In this document: positions 19,687 through 33,693 of the stretch, piece by piece
Position numbering within the stretch: position 1 is the first letter of the stretch
Layout of the letters: each line of letters opens with the position of its first letter
NCBI GenBank assembly: GCA_049999805.1
Contig: JBNGIO010006382.1
Coordinates: 461,820-498,213 of the forward strand
DNA: 36,394 bases
Reading direction: 5' to 3'
From: Folioceros fuciformis
Lineage: Eukaryota
Program-made: the position numbers and the translations under genes
The notes under the pieces: model-generated
Databases searched by the model: none
Told to the model about the DNA's origin: nothing
What the model saw: only the letters and a program-made list of their open reading frames with translations

Positions 19687-20440
19687 GGAATGCTACATTC
19701 AAGTGCACTCGAAGGAGCCCGCATTTCTCGCAAGAGACTCGCTCACACAATTCTTCACCACACCACACCACATTTCTCACCAAGCCTAGCAAACTGTTGA
19801 AGCTGCCGGGACCTTGAGCATCGCTATAGATGGCTGCCTGGATAGAGGCCAGACAAGGGATCGGACCTGAGAACGAACGGACCTGGAAAAGAAAACTTGT
19901 CAGAATAATATCCACCACAATAAATTCCACAGTCAGTTATCCACTCCTCATTGCATAAAAGCATGTTCGGGTGATTGGACATAAACAAAGCTGTTCTTGT
20001 CCTACATCGCCAAATACAGTGTACAAACATAATACACCAACATGGTTTAGGTTTCCGACATGATAGAAACATACACACCGTACCCCAGCCTGTCCTCCAG
20101 TCCTGTAGGCTCTGGAAATATCGACTCCATTTCACAGGAGGTTCTTGCTGGCAGCATGTCTCCCGAGGAATGATCGACAGCTTGTCTCTGCAAGATCTCA
20201 GGGATGGTCGGTCACGTAGAACTGAGGGATGGAGGGAAGTGAAGGGGACTGGAAAAGATGAACATTGATTCGGAGATTATGTCACTTGAACTCGAGAAAA
20301 TCCTCATACCAAAAACGGTGGGATGAGCACCATGCAAAACTGCCCTGTCCCGGTACAGTAGAGATCTCACGACCGTCAGCCAGTCGACCAGGCAGAAGAA
20401 TCACGGCTGTAGTACAACAGACGCATTCCAGCTACCTAAT

Positions 20441-21283
20441 CTACTCGTAGATCCAAGGGTGCAATGCGCTCTGCCACTCTGTCACCCCGTCAGGGAACCA
20501 CAAGGCGATTTCCTTCTTGGCGCTCTCAACGGCGTCACTGCCGTGGATCACGTTTCTGCGAGGAGAACGAGAAACCTTACTCCCACTGGACTGAAGAAAA
20601 AGTGGTACGACAAGCACAAATGCAACAAGATAAATTCGATGGTGCACCTTCCGATATCGATGGCGAAGTCGCTTCGGATTGTACCAGGAGCGGACTCCGC
20701 GGGGTTAGTGGCACCGATAATCTTACGGCCAGTGGCAACAACGCCCTTGCCTTCCCAGACCATAGCAACCACCACGCCAGAGATGATGTAATCAACAAGG
20801 CCCTTGAAAAAAGGCTTGGCAGACAAGTCTGCGTAATGCTTCTCGGCGAAAGCACGCTCCACCTTCACCAGCTTCAAGGCTGCAAAACACAGATCGGACC
20901 GTTAGCACCACCAGCAAGCCAAGTTTTCCATGAAACCACTTTACTTGAGCAGGTTCAGTGCATGGAAGTGTCAGACGAGTCCACACCTTTCAGAGAAAAG
21001 CCCTTCTTCTCGAACCTGGAGATGATCTCACCGACCTGCAGCACGTCACAAGAGAAGCATACCAAACGTTTCAGAACATCAAGCTTCCTACATCCAAGGG
21101 AACATTCAGCTTCCTCCATCCAAGGGAAACTCCAGGTTCCAGATCCATGCAAATCTTGAGAGAGAGGAGGAAGCAGCACTGAAAGGAAACAGCCTACAGA
21201 CAGCAAAGCGGCTTGCAGCAACAGCCTACCAGGCCTCTTTGCACGCCATCGGGCTTGATCATGATGAACGTGTATTCGACCAT
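20441..21283 (-). CDS. NDPK1: Cytosolic nucleoside diphosphate kinase; exons 21283-21230, 21035-20987, 20879-20648, 20555-20441; 149 aa
   Basis: [30 protein letters not shown] and catalytic RNVIHGSD. No targeting peptide. Exons close in frame (450 nt). Confidence 0.95.
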
Positions 21284-21536
21284 CGTGCCCGCTGAGAGGA
21301 CAAGAATGCAAGGGCGTCCACAACGTGCAGTGCTTGCACTGCCGCAAGCTGCAAGACCGGGAGGCAGCTGGTATCCCCTTAGGTCAGAGACTGTCTAAAG
21401 TAGTGGGGCAAAATTTCCATGTTTTGGGCAAACCCTAAGGAGAGCGCAAGCTATTGGGGTCCCAAACAGCATCGGGTTAAAGCACGGTTGCTGAGGAGTA
21501 TTGGTCGTCTCCTCAGAGCGCAGTGTTCAATTCGCT
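21284..21536. promoter_or_regulatory. Compact bidirectional promoter between NDPK1 and TRAPPC11 with a telo-box (AAACCCTAA, 21430-21438)
   Basis: Only 253 bp separates the divergent ATGs. Perfect telo-box next to a TGGGC motif. Confidence 0.65.
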
Positions 21537-24500
21537 ATGGAGGAGTTCCCGGACGAGCTGCGAACACCTCCCGTGGCGCTGGTAGCATTGGTTGGTGTGC
21601 CTGAACTGCACTCCACGATTTCCTTGTTTCTGCACACGGAGCAACCGCCCATCAACACCTTGGCAATTCCGGAGTTCTCCAAGGTGTCTCTCATCGGAGG
21701 GAAGGAGAGGAAATCTGTTGAGGCCAGGCTGCCACCACCTGTGGGAATTTTGAAAGCTGATTGGTTGCTCAAACATCGGACCAGAACTCCAGCCGTGTTG
21801 GCAGCATTGTTCGATCGCGAACACGTGTATGGAGATCCGACTCAATGGCTACAAGTCTGCACGAGCCTTGACAGTGTCAAGTATGTGTCTAGACCAGGCA
21901 GGTCATTTCGTTGAACATGCTCAGTCCTGTCCACGGAATGAAACTCAGGCGTGCATCAGAGAACTCCAGGCCCCTGCCACGTTTTCTTTGTGGAGATCCT
22001 ATGAATGATGTGTCCTAGGAGTTCAGCAGGTGGTAAGCTATTTGACACTCCGTCGCATCTAAGCCCCTTTGTCCATTCATCTCCAGGAATGTTATACGAG
22101 GGAGGAACATCAAGCTGCTGGCGGTAATTGTCCAGCCCAACTTGAATCAAGGTTTGTGAATTCTGTCGAAAGCATTTTCGCCCCTCGCAGTTTGAATAGT
22201 ATGAACACGAGGGCTTATGTTTATTTCTGCTGTGGCCTATCTTGTTCAGGTGAGGTGAATGAGGACCGGTTGACTGCTTTCAGGAAGAGAGCAGAAGTGG
22301 ATGCCAAGAACTGTCTCACCTTTATCAGTCAGGATCCCAATGAACTCAAGCGATCACTGGGCAGGTCATGTACGCACACTTGGACTACTTGGTCTGTTTT
22401 GTCTGTGGACGCTACTTTCTCACTTTGTTGGCCCATGTTGTGACAATGTTCAGATTGGGTAGCATGCTTGCTGAACTTGCGTCCAGCTACTACAAAGAAG
22501 AAGGTCGACGAGTTAAATTGCGGATTGAAAAGAAGACCTACAGCTCTATGGAGCTGAGCGTACGCTATAACTTTAAGGTACTAATAATGCGTTTCCTAGG
22601 CACAGGAGATGTCTCTTGAGATACAGTATGATGACTTTCAATGTCTTGCTCTCTCCCTGATGTCCTCACTGTGCACGTCCCAATCAGGTGGCTGTATACG
22701 CTGAGTTCAGGAGGGATTGGGTGGCAGCCCTTAAGTTCTACGAAACTGCCTACAGTCTCCTGCAGGAGGTGCTGCTTCTCTATCATTTAAGGTTAAGAAT
22801 CTATGGTCTGTTCTTTAGTTCTCCTGTGAGTAGGCAAACTGGCTGTCCTCATTTTTTCAGCACAAGAAACCGGTTACCACATGGCCTCATCTAGACTGGA
22901 AACTGTAACTAAACAAGATTATTTGTTATAGTTCTGGCACGTGACGGGTCAATGCTGGCGTTTTCAGTGACTTTTTTGTGTGTCTTGTACGCAGTAAACT
23001 AGTTTTTATTGGATGTCAACCATCGATTTGAAGCTGCTTGTCTTCTAGCGACTGATTGTAGAAGTTATCCTGGATTTTGATTCCAGGTGGTAACCACGCC
23101 TATGGAGCTGCAGCCTGTTCAAAGGATTGTTGAGTTGAAGGCTGTTGCTGAGCAACTCCACTTCAAAATTTCTACTTTACTGTTGCATAGTGGCAAAGAG
23201 ACTGAGGCTGTGAAGTGGTTTAAGCAGCATATGACCTGGTACAAGCGCTTAGTAGGACCTCCCGAGGGTGCTTTTTTGCACTGGGCATGGGTTAGCAAGC
23301 AGTACCTTGTATTTGCAGAACTTTTGCTGAACAGCTTTCCCACAGCTGGTCCTGCAGCTGCTCCTAACACAACATTACCGGGGCCGCCTATTACAGAGCG
23401 TGAGTTACAAGCTGGCTACTACTACCAGGTATCTGTAATTTGTCTGTTCACGCCTTCAGTGGTTTTATGGTTGATCGACTGTTGTGGACTGGCATTGGAG
23501 ATTTACACCTGGGCTGTGTCAACTCACTGATCTCTTTTTCTGTTTTGACTTTGATGGCACAGCTTGCTGCAACCTACATGTCACAAAGAAAACGGAGTTT
23601 TGACTCCAGTGTTGCAACTTTCGAGGCATTTGACGAGGCAAATGCTGTAGACTATTTAGCAGGTCCACGAGAAGATGTAGGCCCTCCTCTCTATGTCGGC
23701 CAGGCTCCTCGTATTCTGCGACGTGGCAACACTCTTGACACGCAAATGTGAGAATTTTGTGAAACATAGGACATGTGGCATGAACTCTTCTAGCAGCTTA
23801 ATGTGAAGGCTGAGCCTTTGGTCTCAGTTTTTTATGTTGTATCTTTGTGGTGCAGACCTACAGGAGCTGAGTTTATGAGGCATGCAGTGGCAATGGAGAA
23901 GAAATTTGCTCATACTCACGGAGCAATTGATCTTCTCACCAAAGCTCATGAGCAGTACAAGCTGATTCAAGCGAGTAGGATGATCTATCAGCTTGGGAGT
24001 GAGATGGGCAGAGAGTACTTCAATGCCAGAGATCATGAAAATGCCATGAGGCTTTTCAATAGTGTGGCAGGAATGTATCGAAAGGAGGCTTGGGTTGCTC
24101 TTCTTGGGGCAAGCCTTGGGTACTTGCAAGAATGTGCACGCCAACTTGGCTTGCTGAAGGAGTATGTGGAATACGCACTTGAGTTGGCATCGTTGCCAAT
24201 TCCAAAGACCTCGCCTGGTGAAGGCCAGAGGATTGTATCTGGGCCCCAAGTTGGCCCAGCAGGGCCACTTACTGATCTTCAGCGGGTTCAAATTCACAAA
24301 CAAGTTTTTAGTCTTTTGGGGGGGGGGAGCTCAGTTCTCCCTGCTCGGGATGGAGAGAGCGGATTGGCTGTGAATCAGTCTAAGCCTGTCAATCTGGAAA
24401 TTGATTTGGTGAGCCCCTTGAGAGCTGTTCTGTCTGCTTGTGCAGCATTCCAGGAGTCAAGCGTGAAACCAGGGAAATCAACACAGTTTACACTTTGCTT

Positions 24501-26353
24501 GCTTACCCACCTGCCTCTGGTCGTTGAATTGGAAAGGCTGGAGGTGCAATTTAATCAGTCAGAGTGTAATTTTGTTCTTCGAACTTCTCCCAGTTCCGGT
24601 CCAGCATCTGGGAATTCTGAGGTGCATATTCAGGATGTGTGTAAGGAGGAATTATACAATCTAGCATTCGAGCCAAACAAGTGGAAAAGACTTGTAGTCT
24701 CTGTCTCTCCAAGTACGTGTGGTTCATTCTTATGCCAAGTGGGTTGATTCAGTAAGTTGTATCATGTAATCTTCACTTTATACTACCGAGAGACTTATTA
24801 CCGCTTGTAATGCTTTATTTTCAGGTACGAGCGGTAAGCTTGAATTGTTGGCAGTTGTTGCTCACGTAGGGCCACATGCACGTATCCGGTGCCAGGTGGA
24901 GAGTGCTGCCAGTAGGGAGGAAGTACCGCTTTGGATTTATGAGCCTGGAGTGGAAGTTTTGCCTGTCAAGGACAGCACTTTGGCGTTTTTTGGCCAGAAG
25001 GTTATCCAGGTTGAGGAACCGGAATCTCTAGTACAGATGGACTTCACTGTTTCCTCGGGTCCCTCTATGGTCCGAGAGGAGTTTCCTGTCCATGTCAGCC
25101 TCAAATCAACAGGGCATGCTATCTTGTCGGGAGCGTTGGAGGTCTACCTAACTGCATTGCCATCATCTGGAAATGCTAGGCTATCACCCGACTCCTCCAA
25201 CCAGAGTGTTGTTCCGGCTGAGGTTCTGATTGAGCTTGATTCTACTTCATCATCAAGGGAAAGATATGACAGCCAGTCCGTGGGTGCTATTGAGAAGATC
25301 GGCAAGATTGAAAAGTTCCCTGGGTCATTGACTGTCCCTCCTGTTCAAGCGAATGCGTCATGGTCAACGGTTCTATTCCTAAGGTCACTTGAGGCCAAAA
25401 ATCTTGGGTTGAACGTGTCCTTAAAATATCAGGCACCGGCATCCGAAGGAGCTGAGGGGACATCTCAAACTGTGAGATTGAACAAGACGTTATCTATCAT
25501 TTGTGAGGATCCCTTGTCAATCAGCTACCGATATGCTGCTGCATTCAGGCGCGATGCATTGATGCCCCAGGGCTTGCAAGCCGATGTAAGCAGTACATCC
25601 AGAGTCTCTCTTCCCTGGAAGGAGAGGAGTATCTTGGTCGTAACTGCCGAAAGTTCAGGTTCATTTCCCGTAAGGCTGCTGTCAATAGAGGTGGAAGAGA
25701 GGGACTCCAGATGTTGCCTGGTGAGGAAATCAACGTCATCAAACCAATCCGCACCAGAACCTGGAGAAGGCTGGTCTGAGGATGCCTCTTCTGGTGTGCT
25801 CCTACATTTTGGGGAGACGTTCACGCAACTCTTTTGGATTCATCCGCTTGAGTGCTCTCCAGGCCTCCATCCTGGCAAGATTGTGGTAACTTGGAAAAGG
25901 GAGCCAGTGAGCTCTGGAGCCTTAGAGCCCGTCCCAAAATCAGTTGCAAAGAGTGTGCAGCTAGCCCCAGTCCTTGTGGAATGGACCCCGCTGCTCGTCA
26001 CTTTGGATTGTCCTCCCTTCGCCCTGTTAGGTGTCCCTTTCACCGTGTCCCTGAGAATCCAAAACCAGACAACTGCCCTTCAGGGCATCGGCTTCTCTGT
26101 CACGGATGCACAGAGCTTCATATTCTCTGGTCCTCACAGTGACTCGCTCTCTGTTCTGCCCCTTTCCACGTACCTTCTGTCATACAAGTTTGTCCCCATT
26201 GCTTCAGGTATGCAGCAGCTTCCCCAAGTAAAACTGACGTCCTCCCGGTTCTCCTCTACATTCCATACCTCTCCTCTTAGCAGCCAGCTTTTCATCTTCC
26301 CACGGGCTCCCGCAGGTCCAGATAGACTATCTCCTCCTGACTTGTTGAATTAA
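21537..26353 (+). CDS. TRAPPC11: Trafficking protein particle complex subunit 11 (foie gras / Gryzun-like); exons 21537-21880, 22087-22151, 22250-22364, 22454-22577, 22688-22768, 23087-23428, 23563-23747, 23856-24712, 24825-26353; 1213 aa
   Basis: Plant TRAPPC11 N-terminus MEEFPDELRTPPVALVALVG, GILKADWLLKHRT, RYNFKVAVYAEFRRDW, HWAWVSKQYLVFAELL, YRKEAW, SFIFSG and SGMQQLP. Model closes in frame (3642 nt). Confidence 0.93.
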
Positions 26354-26801
26354 GCTGTGGCTCAGATACATTTGCAGAGTATGTAATGTGGCTCGGCCGG
26401 ATCCTGCCGGGACTTAGACGTCGTCACAATTTCGTTGTCTTTCAGTTCTGGCTCGCAGGGCATATTGGTCTGAGCCACTTCTCTTATGTTTGGTATGAAT
26501 GTGTAAGAAAAATCAAAAATCAGATGAGGTCGGCTGACACATCGAGCTTGAGTTGGTCGTCGCCGCATTTGTTCGTTCCAAATACTAGCAAATGGTGAAT
26601 GCCACGACACTGCCGTGGCAATTTCGAGAACAATCACAGTCAAGCGAAAATATGTCGTCTCTCTCTAGATCTGCCGGGCTTCTTGCACGTCCTCTGCCAG
26701 TAAGCATGAATTGGCTTGGTCACAAATTCTGAGTTCTGTCTGACAACCCGGGTGACAAATCGCTCCCCCTGCAGCCACGCATTCGAAAGCACACTAAACC
26801 T

Positions 26802-27847
26802 ATGGAGGCGTTGGGGCTCGTCTCTCCTGTGTCTGTGGTGAGCTCGGGGTTGAAGCCCCTGGCTCTCTCTTCCAGTGGCACCGGGCGTCTGTCATGCAGT
26901 TTGTGGGGCACTGCGGTGCCTAGAACTGTGTCCGCGACCAGGGCTTCCTTCCAGGAGCAGGCTAGGCACTTATCTGTCAGGGCCACCAAGGATGCGGCTT
27001 CCAAGATTGGCCAGGCGTTCGGCCACTACGCCGTCCCCATTGATGCACAACCGCAGAGCTCCTTCATCACACGGCCTTTGGCCGAGATCCTTAGAGACAT
27101 GAACAAGAGAGTACCTGACAAGGTGCTTAAGGTCAAGGTGGATGAGGACGGCCACGAGCTCAAATACATTCCATGGTATGCAGGCTTGATTTAGGCTCCC
27201 CATGAGAAGCAAGAAGTTAGGTTGTTTTCTCTGGCTGTTTGCACTGGGAATTCTTACTCTGTGTCGCGGGTTGTGCAGGTACCATGCGAATCGGATGCTT
27301 AGTTTCTATGCGCCAGGTTGATTTCCTTCCTCCAACTTCAGTGGAAAATCTGTTGGTACATATTATAGCCGATGCACTGCATCATTCACTCACATTTCTT
27401 TGGCGTCAGTTTGGCAGATCGTGTAGGATGAGTAACGCATGCCCTACAGCACCTTAGCTTTCCTTCTGCTAGTTACACTGCATCATCTGTATGGCAAATG
27501 TGTGCCAGGCTGGAGTGGAGAGGTGCGGAACGTGCTGCTTTCTCCAGATGGCAAGTCAGTATCTGTTGTGTATCGCATAACTCTTCGTGGAACTGATGGC
27601 GAGGTAATTTGTCGTCTTGTTGATTGTGTAAAAAAAATTTGTATGGATTGTCGAGTGCACCGCTTATGGCCTGGCATGTTTTGAGTCTGCACAGGCCTGG
27701 CGCGAATCGACGGGGACGGCGTCACTGGATGATGTCGAGTACGGTGATCCTGTGCAAAAAGCAGAAGGGATGGCCTTCCGTCGAGCATGTGCTCGGTTCG
27801 GGCTTGGCCTGTACCTGTATCATGAGGATGAAGTGCCAGCTTCCTGA
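26802..27847 (+). CDS. RAD52: Organellar RAD52-like single-strand annealing protein (ODB family); exons 26802-27175, 27279-27316, 27509-27603, 27695-27847; 219 aa
   Basis: ITRPLAEILRD, YIPWYHANRMLSFYAPGWSGEVR, RESTG and AFRRACARFGLGLYLYHE. Ser/Arg-rich transit-peptide-like N-terminus. In frame (660 nt). Confidence 0.92.
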
Positions 27848-28261
27848 ATCTTGCTTGGCTTCAACACGATGTGAATAGGTACACTCTAGGTATTTCTACT
27901 TGTTGTGCCTCTCTGGTAGTCATCGAGCCCTGTCTCGTCAACCCAGGATCACTAGACGTATCTAATCGGGCGTGGTTGAGGTTCATCTCGGATCCTCTCA
28001 TCGTCGCATCAGCTTTCAGGAAAGCACAGAGGTTGCTTGTGGTGAAGCAGATACCTGAGGGGGATAGGACCGACTGGTGAGAGCACTACTTACTGTGGGA
28101 TATCCTGAGCCCTGTGTAAGTAGTTTACTCCGCGGGCGCTCCCCCTTTTGGTAACCCGATTTGTAATTGAGATGAACATGATAGACAAGTTTGCAATCAT
28201 CGGGCCGAGCCAAGCACTTATGGCAGCATAACTTGTGCCTACATAGATACAGCTGTTTGCC

Positions 28262-29661
28262 TCAACTTTGCCAATATTGCAACAGGTTGCCTATGTGAGT
28301 CAAGAGTTCATCTTTCCCTTGCCCAGTAGCAGAGCTGGTCATGACCCATGGAGGGAGCTCAGCGAAAGACTCTTTCAACCTCGTCTCGAAATCAAGAATG
28401 TTCTCTTCCGGCTTTCTTCCCCCGTTCTTGTTCTTCTTCTTCCTATCACACTTGGTGAAGACCACGGTCATCGGAATCTGCATCACACAGAAACGGACAC
28501 AAAATTTATCTCCCAACTCTGCATAGGAACTCACAAATTCCAAGCCAACCATGTTCGCTCGAAACAGTACATTACATTGTTTCTCCCCAGCCAGTTGGCA
28601 CAATCCAGGTCGATTTTCTGCGGGGGAATGCTAGCATCGACGAGAAGAAACACGGCAACCAGATTCTGCCGCTTCAAAAAATAGTCCTTGGTGAATTCAC
28701 TCCAGTCAGTCCGGACAGCTGTTGGAGCCTTAGCAAACCTGTTGGCAAACAAGAAGGATTGAGCAACGACAACACAGCTAGCACGGCCCGCTCGTTGGGT
28801 TGTTGTGCAGTGAATTACCCATAGCCTGGAAGATCCACCAAGTACCAGCGGTTGTCTATCTTGAAGTGATTGATGAGCTGCGTTTTCCCTGTAACAATGT
28901 CGGGTATGAGCTATCTGGATTCATTCGCATCCACACGGTGTGGATGCATTTGCAACCAACTGCTTACACCCTGAACCCTACAAGGAATGGGGGCTACCAG
29001 GCCGTTTCGAGGTCTGGGCAAGCTCTTTACGATTCACCATGGCGTTGATGAGAGAAGACTTGCCCACATTGGACCTCCCAACAACTGCAAACTCCGGAAG
29101 ACCTTCCTTGGGGCATTCGGAAACTCTGGGGCTGCTCTTGATGAACTCCGCGTTCTTGATGCGCAGGCTCCGGAGGCTAGAGCCTACGAAGATGTTGCTG
29201 CCCGCGAGCCTGCGCAGGCCGCGCTTCAGGTCCTTGTCTCTGGCAAAAACAACTGCATCGTCATCACCCTCCCCGGACTTGCTTTCCTCAGGCTTACTTT
29301 CCCCGGGACTCTCCAGCTGCTGGGACACGAGCTCTGCCTTCTCCTTCAGCCCCAGGCTTTCTTCACCGATCACCGCTACTTCTCCTACTCCTAAAGGCAC
29401 TTGTGACAGCCGCATTTGGGTAGACCTTGCTCTATTGGTGGCTCTCCCTGCGAAATTCCTCGACAGCGCCGCCAGCCTGAAGACAAGGGAGCCTCGCCAC
29501 GCGGTTCCAGACACAGATTGGGAGGTCGAAGCCGAGGAGAAAGCGCAGCAAAGAACCCGGAAGTTTTGTGGGTAGACCAGCTGCCCTCCATGCTGTGGGA
29601 GTGCCATGGATGAAACCGTTCTACTGCGTGCAGGTAGCAGCAGCCGATGCCTCAACCCCAT
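28262..29661 (-). CDS. engB: EngB/YsxC/YihA-family ribosome biogenesis GTPase, probably plastid-targeted; exons 29661-28998, 28888-28819, 28738-28576, 28477-28262; 370 aa
   Basis: G1 GRSNVGKS, G2 PGKT, G3 DLPGYG, G4 TKCD, G5 TSSATG. Long transit-peptide-like N-terminus. In frame (1113 nt). Confidence 0.92.
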
Positions 29662-30086
29662 GACGGAACAAACCTATCCGCCCTTGACGTGCGTCAGGAA
29701 CATCCAGCAACACATCCTCTCTTCAAACGCGGCGCGGGACCTGCAAGCCAGCTCCACCCAATTCCGTTCTTCTGTGGTAGGCCTCTACCAGCGATAGTAG
29801 AAAGCGCGGTTCCATCCGGGCGAGAGATCAGGGATGCACAAACCAAGGACAAACCATTTGGATCGAGCCGCCCCGAAGGAAGCCGCCAAGTAAGATAACA
29901 GTGGTCAGCACCCAACTCACTTGGCGAAGCAGGTGATACGCGCCGGTCGCTCTTATCTACATTGGATTGCGGACTTGTTCACGCCGAGGGGAACGAACAT
30001 GCAGTTCTGGGCGGCGCACGTTACTCGGTCATTGCAGTGAAGGAACAGTGAGCAGTACATATGGTTGACATTTGAGCTGGGTTTGA

Positions 30087-33280
<3,194 letters not shown>

Positions 33281-33693
33281 AAGAACTGTAAACCCTGTCT
33301 CTAAGCAAAGCACATGAGTGTCCTTGTGAAATAGGAGCGACTGTGGCACCCACCATTTGCCTCTCACGGCTGGCCGTTCTCTTCAATCGTTGGACCAGTT
33401 GCCTCTTACGGCCAGCCGTAGTGTTCAATAGCCTCATGGGGTATTTCCAGTATTTTCGGTCCATCGAAAGGAATAACTTCTTATATCATCGACACTGTTC
33501 AGTGACAGCCCACCAGACTTATCCCCACTCCGTTTCCTTGTTCTCCCATGTCAGATACATGTGTTAAACAGGTTGATCTGTCCAGAACTCGGACTTCGAG
33601 CGAATTTCCAGGGTTCAGGTGCTTCAAGTTGCTACGTAGGTTTACCTGGAGATTGGGATCACTGATGGGACATGGAATTTTTAGCCCCGGCTA

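Noticed and set aside
18299-19800. Overlapping alternative-frame and antisense ORFs over HPR1
   Set aside because: By-products of high GC codon bias; the HPR1 frame explains the region.
24308-24327. Poly-G run in TRAPPC11 as a frameshift site
   Set aside because: The frame stays open (LLGGGS) and conserved sequence continues downstream.
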